Positions 58,898-64,000 of a stretch of DNA of 64,000 nt are shown in pieces. Both the position numbers and the translations under genes were made by a program. The stretch is from the IMG/VR virus record IMGVR_UViG_3300036859_000186, positions 12,345 to 76,344 of that record; one strand, 5' to 3'. The stretch comes from a virus. Every line of letters begins with the position of its first letter. Positions within the stretch are counted from its first letter, which is position 1. The notes beneath the pieces were generated by a model. The model was not told where the DNA came from. It worked only from the letters and a program-made list of their open reading frames with translations, and searched no databases.

Positions 58898-59256
58898 TAG
58901 TCGCACTTCTACTACTTCTACTAGCAAATGGCCCTAGTCTTCAACTAAAGGCTCGCCCACAGATAGTAGCTGCTCCTGCCAAGATAGCCTTTAACGCCGA
59001 GCTGAAAAATGGAACGGATGAAGAGGTCTATTGCCCCAGAATGGAATGGGATTGGGGCGACGGCACAACCTCGGAGCATGTGTGGGATTGCACACCATAT
59101 GAGCCGGGCAAGACCATCGTTTTGCGACGCTTCTATGGTGAGCGAAAGTTCACTGAAGAAGGAGAATACACTGTGACCCTTCGCCTTTACAAGGGCAATA
59201 AAGTTTTGGCCGTTGGTAAAACCTTTCTACGCATACTTCCTCCATTTCCCAAATGA
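58894..59256 (+). CDS. Secreted PKD-domain protein
   Basis: Signal peptide; WDWGDG...GEYTVTL PKD signature. Confidence 0.8.
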   Translation: MIVALLLLLLANGPSLQLKARPQIVAAPAKIAFNAELKNGTDEEVYCPRMEWDWGDGTTSEHVWDCTPYEPGKTIVLRRFYGERKFTEEGEYTVTLRLYKGNKVLAVGKTFLRILPPFPK

Positions 59257-59666
59257 ACGAACAGCTTGTGCAGCGAGCACACTTCCCCGAACCACTAGAA
59301 GGTGAGTTTCTCGGGAACGGCCGTATGCTACGCCTTACCGAGGACTTCACATTCATCACCAAAGATGGTGAGACGATTGAAGTTCCAAAAGGCTTCATCA
59401 CAGACTTTAACAGCGTCCCTAGAGGCTTATGGAATGTCTTCCCACCATGGGAGTATCCTGAGGCCGGGGTCGTTCACGATTGGCTCTATCGCCATCCTGC
59501 TGGCAAAAGCCGGGGAGAAGTAGACTCATTACATCGGCAGATCCTAGACCTTCTAGGAGCCCCTTGGTGGAAACGACAAGCAGCTTGGAGTGCTCTCCGT
59601 GTCGGAGGGCGCTTTTCTTGGAGTCGATATCGGGAACAAGAGGCTCCTTCAGATCATGAATCGTAG
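59253..59666 (+). CDS. DUF1353 family protein
   Basis: VPKGFITDFNSVPR...AGVVHDWLY...D......L...G....R......R.GG. Confidence 0.88.
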   Translation: MNEQLVQRAHFPEPLEGEFLGNGRMLRLTEDFTFITKDGETIEVPKGFITDFNSVPRGLWNVFPPWEYPEAGVVHDWLYRHPAGKSRGEVDSLHRQILDLLGAPWWKRQAAWSALRVGGRFSWSRYREQEAPSDHES

Positions 59667-59723
59667 ATGCTCGAAACTCAGCCTTGACAAGTCCTTCAAC
59701 ATCATTTTGCAGAAAGAATCGTA

Positions 59724-60257
59724 ATGCCGCACAATCCTTCAGGACCCCAACAACCCGTCCCTTCGCAGGGCATTGGGTCGAGTATTTATGATTGGCTCAA
59801 CAAGTCCATCATTCCTCAGGAGTGGACTGAAGGAGCCCAAGACGCCATCGATTCCCCATCCCTAGAGCGAAGTCCCCTTGCTGCTCAAATTCAGGGCTTT
59901 GGAGCCGGTGCCATTGGAGGGCTTACTGATCTGGCAACCCCACTCAATATTGGAGCCTTAATGCTCCCAGGTGGAGCTGCTGCGCGTGGTGTGCGTATGG
60001 GAGCCGAAGCCGCCCCAGAAGCCATGGCTGGTCTTAAGGGGGCTGCCCAGGCCACAAAGCCCATCCTCCAAGACATTCCAGCTGAAGAAGCGGCTTCAAT
60101 GTATGCTCGCTATCGAAATCCTCAGGCCACCGCAGCAAATCTAGGCAATCGTCCACTCAATATCCCTCAAAATCCACGCGCACAGGCTCTAGAGTCCTGG
60201 CGCACCGCAGCTCCCGATGCTCAGCAGGCCCTCATGGGTCTCATGCGAGGACGGTAA
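59724..60257 (+). CDS. Hypothetical Ala/Gly-rich protein
   Basis: ORF track. Confidence 0.6.
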   Translation: MPHNPSGPQQPVPSQGIGSSIYDWLNKSIIPQEWTEGAQDAIDSPSLERSPLAAQIQGFGAGAIGGLTDLATPLNIGALMLPGGAAARGVRMGAEAAPEAMAGLKGAAQATKPILQDIPAEEAASMYARYRNPQATAANLGNRPLNIPQNPRAQALESWRTAAPDAQQALMGLMRGR

Positions 60258-60416
60258 AATGACTTACAAGGAGACCTTGTAATGGCAGCTTGGATGCCCT
60301 TACCAGTTAAGAAAGTTTCTTCTCCCCCACCTCTACAAACCGAGAAGGAGCCCGCGACCGCCGCAAGCGCTGCGTTAAGTCAAGCAGAATTTGCTCTGAA
60401 GGGCCTCATGGGTGCA

Positions 60417-60445
60417 TTGACACCCAAGCGCTAACATGCTATACT
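60417..60445 (+). promoter_or_regulatory. sigma70-type promoter
   Basis: TTGACA-17 nt-TATACT with TG extension, upstream of the exonuclease gene. Confidence 0.8.
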
Positions 60446-60507
60446 CGTCGATGGTTTGCGATAGCGAACCGGAGCGTTACGAAACCCTCTCTCGATAAGG
60501 AGCACCA

Positions 60508-61218
60508 TTGAGAATTCTCGCTTGGGATCTTGAATGTTCGAGCCTCTCTGCAGACTTCGGTATCATTCTGTGTTGCGGTTTTAAGGAAGTGAACAAGGGC
60601 CGAGCAGAGGTCCACAGCATCCTGGATTACACGGACGCCTCAGGTGACCTTATCAAGGCCGAAAAGCGCCTTCTAAAGGATATTTCCAAGCGTCTGATGG
60701 AATCTGATGTGTGGCTCACCCATTACGGCACATGGTATGATACCATTTTCGTCAACACTCGACTTCTCTACCATCGACTTCCCGTTCTTCCGCCCAACTT
60801 TCCCCATATCGATACTTGGAAAGTAGCTCGGAACCGTCTGAAGCTACGGAACAACCGTCTTATCACGATTTCTGAGTTCCTTGGAACGGATGAAGAGAAG
60901 AACGCCATAAAACCTGAGCAATGGATTCGGGCTCTTGGTGGACACCGCTCCTCAATGAACTATATTGTGGAGCACTGCCGACGGGACGTGGTCGTCCTCG
61001 AAGAAGTCTATAACCTCATCAAACCGCTCATCCTCGACCACCCACACACTGGATTAGTTGGGAAGAAGGGTGAATGTCCCTACTGTGGCAGCAAGCGCCT
61101 TCAAAAGCGCGGCGAACATCGCACACGGACTCGCTTCTACCAACGTTACCACTGTCAGAATTGCCTACGTTGGCCCCGAAGCGCCAAACCCACGCAAGTC
61201 TTTACGACCGCTGTTTAA
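60508..61218 (+). CDS. RNase H-fold DEDD 3'-5' exonuclease (YprB/RNase_H_2-like) with Zn ribbon
   Basis: WDLE, HYG..YD, HIDT, HC..DV motifs; CPYCGS...CQNC. Confidence 0.85.
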   Translation: MRILAWDLECSSLSADFGIILCCGFKEVNKGRAEVHSILDYTDASGDLIKAEKRLLKDISKRLMESDVWLTHYGTWYDTIFVNTRLLYHRLPVLPPNFPHIDTWKVARNRLKLRNNRLITISEFLGTDEEKNAIKPEQWIRALGGHRSSMNYIVEHCRRDVVVLEEVYNLIKPLILDHPHTGLVGKKGECPYCGSKRLQKRGEHRTRTRFYQRYHCQNCLRWPRSAKPTQVFTTAV

Positions 61219-61230
61219 CTCTCCTGCCAA

Positions 61231-62817
61231 ATGGGGCCAGTGCAACGCTGGCCCTCCCATCTAATGGCCTTCACAATCACTGACGAAGAATTTACTGAAT
61301 CCAAGAACGACCAGGAGCGCGTCTACAAAGACGTGTTGCTGCGCGGTCCAGCGACCACGTATATGGACCCTCTTGGACACGCACGTTGGGACACCGACTA
61401 TTTCACCCTCCGTGCCACCGGGCTGAGCCATCCCGCCGCCCTGAAGGAGGTCCGACGCCGCATTTATGCAGAAGCCGGAGTTCCCAATCCTGAGGTCCCA
61501 CCACAACCTCCCAACCCGCAGCCTGGACAAGGTGCTCTTGTCGGCAGACTCCGCCTAGAAAACGGAATGTTTGTCGATGATACGGGTCCAGTGCTGCCCA
61601 TTTTCGCCCACGTTGGCGATCTCTTCAGTAAGTTTGTGAGAGATCCAGGCTTCGCGTTTGGACAAATGGACGAGTTGGTCCGCGCGGGATATCATGGGGC
61701 TCGTGTGTGGATGCAACTAGGCTGCGGAAACGAGCATGTATGCCCCGCTATTGACGATCATGGACGGGTCCCCTATTGGCTAGGTCGAGAAGTCGGCCCA
61801 AGCCCAGAAATCACCTCAGACTACTGGGGAAAAGTCTCAGAATTCCTGCTGGCTTTCAAGAATCGTGGCCTACGCATTGCATGGTCACAGGGCGACCCAG
61901 CCCAAACTGGCCATTCGATTGCAGCCCGGAAGGATTATGCTCGAAAGGCTGCCCAGGTAGCCACCTCAGTAGACGCCCATATTGTGGCATTCTTCGACGC
62001 AGGTAATGAGGCGTGGCAGAACGACGCTGACCGTTTCTACGATATTGGGAATCCCAATGCCGTAGCGAACATGACTGAGTTTGTCAATGCTTACAAGGAT
62101 ACCGGAGGCTCTGCTCTTTGCACCCTTACAGACACTCCAGGTGAGGCTGTTCAAGGTCCTTATGGAGCAGACGCCCTCTGTATTCCACAGACGGATCTTT
62201 GGGATGTCCATAGCTGGCGTGGCTCTCATTCGTGGGACAAGCGTCGCCATATCTTCTCGCTACCCTATGAGGGTAAGCCTCGACTGCGAAACGGAATCAA
62301 TTCGGAGTCCCCAGGTAATGGGGATCTGGTGTCCGCCTCGGAGAATAAGGGTGAGCTAGACCATGAAGCCGTTGCACTGCTTGGTGCAATGGCCGCCATC
62401 TCGCGGCAGGCGTTCGTCTGGTTCTCTGGTGAAGGTGTCAAGCTCAATGCTGGCCTGCAGGGTGAGCAAGGGTTTGAATCGACTCCTCGTCTGATTCGTT
62501 TGCTTCCAAAGGATGTCATGCGCTATGAAAGGCTGCATCACTCAGGAGATACCTGGAATGGAACACGAGTATTCTCTATTCCTTCCACTTCCACCAACAA
62601 TGAAATTCGTTGCGATGGTGCCGTTTCGTCTGATGGTCACTTCGCCTACGTCGTTGATGGTCCCATTGGCTCACACACTCTTCGTGTGGAGCGTCCCTTT
62701 ACAGGCTCGATCATCACTCCACATACTGGGGTGGTAGATCCTTTCAATGGTAGCGCTGGAGAAGTGAAAGCAGTTGAATTCACACGAGGCCGAGTTATCA
62801 CAGGAAAACTATCATGA
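61231..62817 (+). CDS. Putative glycoside hydrolase (clan GH-A TIM barrel)
   Basis: AGYHGARVW, DAGNEA (acid/base NE), DVH, NSE nucleophile-like motif; Pro-rich linker after a small N-domain. Confidence 0.6.
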   Translation: MGPVQRWPSHLMAFTITDEEFTESKNDQERVYKDVLLRGPATTYMDPLGHARWDTDYFTLRATGLSHPAALKEVRRRIYAEAGVPNPEVPPQPPNPQPGQGALVGRLRLENGMFVDDTGPVLPIFAHVGDLFSKFVRDPGFAFGQMDELVRAGYHGARVWMQLGCGNEHVCPAIDDHGRVPYWLGREVGPSPEITSDYWGKVSEFLLAFKNRGLRIAWSQGDPAQTGHSIAARKDYARKAAQVATSVDAHIVAFFDAGNEAWQNDADRFYDIGNPNAVANMTEFVNAYKDTGGSALCTLTDTPGEAVQGPYGADALCIPQTDLWDVHSWRGSHSWDKRRHIFSLPYEGKPRLRNGINSESPGNGDLVSASENKGELDHEAVALLGAMAAISRQAFVWFSGEGVKLNAGLQGEQGFESTPRLIRLLPKDVMRYERLHHSGDTWNGTRVFSIPSTSTNNEIRCDGAVSSDGHFAYVVDGPIGSHTLRVERPFTGSIITPHTGVVDPFNGSAGEVKAVEFTRGRVITGKLS

Positions 62818-62906
62818 GATGCGTTCACTGCTCACTAAATTGCGAGTGCTCACCTAAAATCTGTCCTTGCTGTGCAAAGGACCCCAAAAAGTAAGGGGGG
62901 CTCCCC

Positions 62907-63482
62907 GTGTTCAAGTTCCTTCCAGCTTTAGTTGTTGCCCTGGCACTCATTTTCACCGCCCCTGCTCCATGTCCAGCCGATGTGATATTGGACCTCACCC
63001 GGTCAATTGTTAAGGTGCAGACACTCGCACCTGACGATAAGATGATGTCCTGTTCAGGATTCGTGGTCAATGCTGCAAAAGGTTGGGTTGTCACCGCTGC
63101 TCACTGCATCGTTGAAGGTTATCAAGGCGTGCGAGTGGATGGTATAGACACAGAAGTTGTCAAAAAGAACGACGTTCTTGCCATCGTCGCTATGGAGCCC
63201 ATGACAAAGCCTCCAGTTGAGCTGCGTAACCCAAAGATAGGCGAGAACACCCGTTCGGTAGGATTTGCCCTCAATGAATATCTCAGCATTCTCTGGCGAC
63301 ACGTTGCTAACATCAAAGATCAAGATTTTCTACTGGATGGCCCCTTCATTCCTGGAATGAGCGGCGGTCCGATTTTTGGAGATGACGGAAAGGTGGTCGG
63401 GCTCGTTCAAGGCTCAACCCAAGTGTTCGGAGTGGCCTGCGGAGGTGAGGAAATCAAAGACTTCATCAAATCGGTCAAATAG
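62907..63482 (+). CDS. Secreted trypsin-like serine protease
   Basis: Signal peptide; CSGF, VTAAHC, D, PGMSGGP catalytic motifs. Confidence 0.92.
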   Translation: MFKFLPALVVALALIFTAPAPCPADVILDLTRSIVKVQTLAPDDKMMSCSGFVVNAAKGWVVTAAHCIVEGYQGVRVDGIDTEVVKKNDVLAIVAMEPMTKPPVELRNPKIGENTRSVGFALNEYLSILWRHVANIKDQDFLLDGPFIPGMSGGPIFGDDGKVVGLVQGSTQVFGVACGGEEIKDFIKSVK

Positions 63483-63543
63483 GAGCAAAATTAGCATGCT
63501 CAGCAGCATCAAAATCGTTCATCTTTGGAAAGGATGCTAGCTT

Positions 63544-63861
63544 ATGAGTCTATCAAAGTATCATCTCGCGGCCGTGATTTGGGATGATGCTCACCACTCA
63601 CTCGATGAATTTTCCAAGGAAGAGATAGGACGACAGTTCCACAAAGCAGCTAGAGAGACCAACTATGGCCTTCTAGTTGAAGATGACGAGGCGGGTGTCA
63701 CTATAGCGATGGAGGAAGGCGCAGACGGTCAGTTCCGTCATCCTTTCTTCATCCCCCGCCAGATGATCATCGAAGTCATTGACCTAGGCATCCCGAGACG
63801 CAAAATCAAACGTAAACAGAAAATTAGACCAGAAACACAAAGAGCCCCAAATCCTGAATAA
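63544..63861 (+). CDS. Conserved phage hypothetical protein (W.DA...G......IP..M.I)
   Basis: ORF track. Confidence 0.7.
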   Translation: MSLSKYHLAAVIWDDAHHSLDEFSKEEIGRQFHKAARETNYGLLVEDDEAGVTIAMEEGADGQFRHPFFIPRQMIIEVIDLGIPRRKIKRKQKIRPETQRAPNPE

Positions 63862-63882
63862 GGACTGGGGCTCTTTTTTTTT
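63841..63882 (+). terminator. Rho-independent terminator ending the late arm
   Basis: AGAGCCCCA...TGGGGCTCT stem followed by a long T run. Confidence 0.85.
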
Positions 63883-63894
63883 GGTCTCTAGACG

Positions 63895-64000
63895 CTAGTC
63901 TTCACAAATGTGAAAGCTTGAGGGGTCACTCTTAAGGAACTGAGCAAGCTTCTTATCTTCTAGTCGCTCTTTGACGTATTCTGCACCGTTGATGTTGAAG
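63895..64000 (-). CDS. 3' end of a convergent gene (partial)
   Basis: Open frame ...FNINGAEYVKERLEDKKLAQFLKSDPSSFHICED*. Confidence 0.5.
   Translation of the reverse strand, partial: FNINGAEYVKERLEDKKLAQFLKSDPSSFHICED

Noticed and set aside
1-64000. Stop-codon reassignment or integrase/prophage boundaries
   Set aside because: Genes are intact in the standard code and use all three stops; no suppressor tRNA, integrase or host flanking genes are seen.

Overview
The window is most of a tailed dsDNA phage genome, probably a podovirus-type with no tape measure gene but with ejection-protein-like genes. No integrase or DNA polymerase is visible, and genes are cut at both window edges. The left arm (1 to ~29.7 kb, mostly minus strand) is early/accessory. 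It encodes a PD-(D/E)XK nuclease, an AAA RecA-like ATPase, Endo VII-like and LAGLIDADG endonucleases, a deaminase, a minimal nucleotidyltransferase, a phiEco32-like amide-ligase cluster (ATP-grasp, class II glutamine amidotransferase, amidoligase, COOH-NH2 ligase), Ro60/TROVE (Rsr), a GNAT, a small alarmone hydrolase and many small Zn-finger ORFs. The right arm (30.3 to 63.9 kb, plus strand) encodes terminase, portal, scaffold, capsid, tail/ejection proteins, lysis genes and a few enzymes. The most striking signal is non-coding. Four intergenic Y-RNA-like elements around the Ro60 gene share a covarying motif. There is also a free-standing circularly permuted tRNA-like domain, several tRNA-acceptor mimics (two with the alanine G3.U70/A73 signature), and two conventional tRNAs (Trp, Gly). 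Late intergenic regions hold a recurrent hairpin motif, a pseudoknot and a kissing-loop element. All calls come from manual motif and base-pairing inspection, not database searches.
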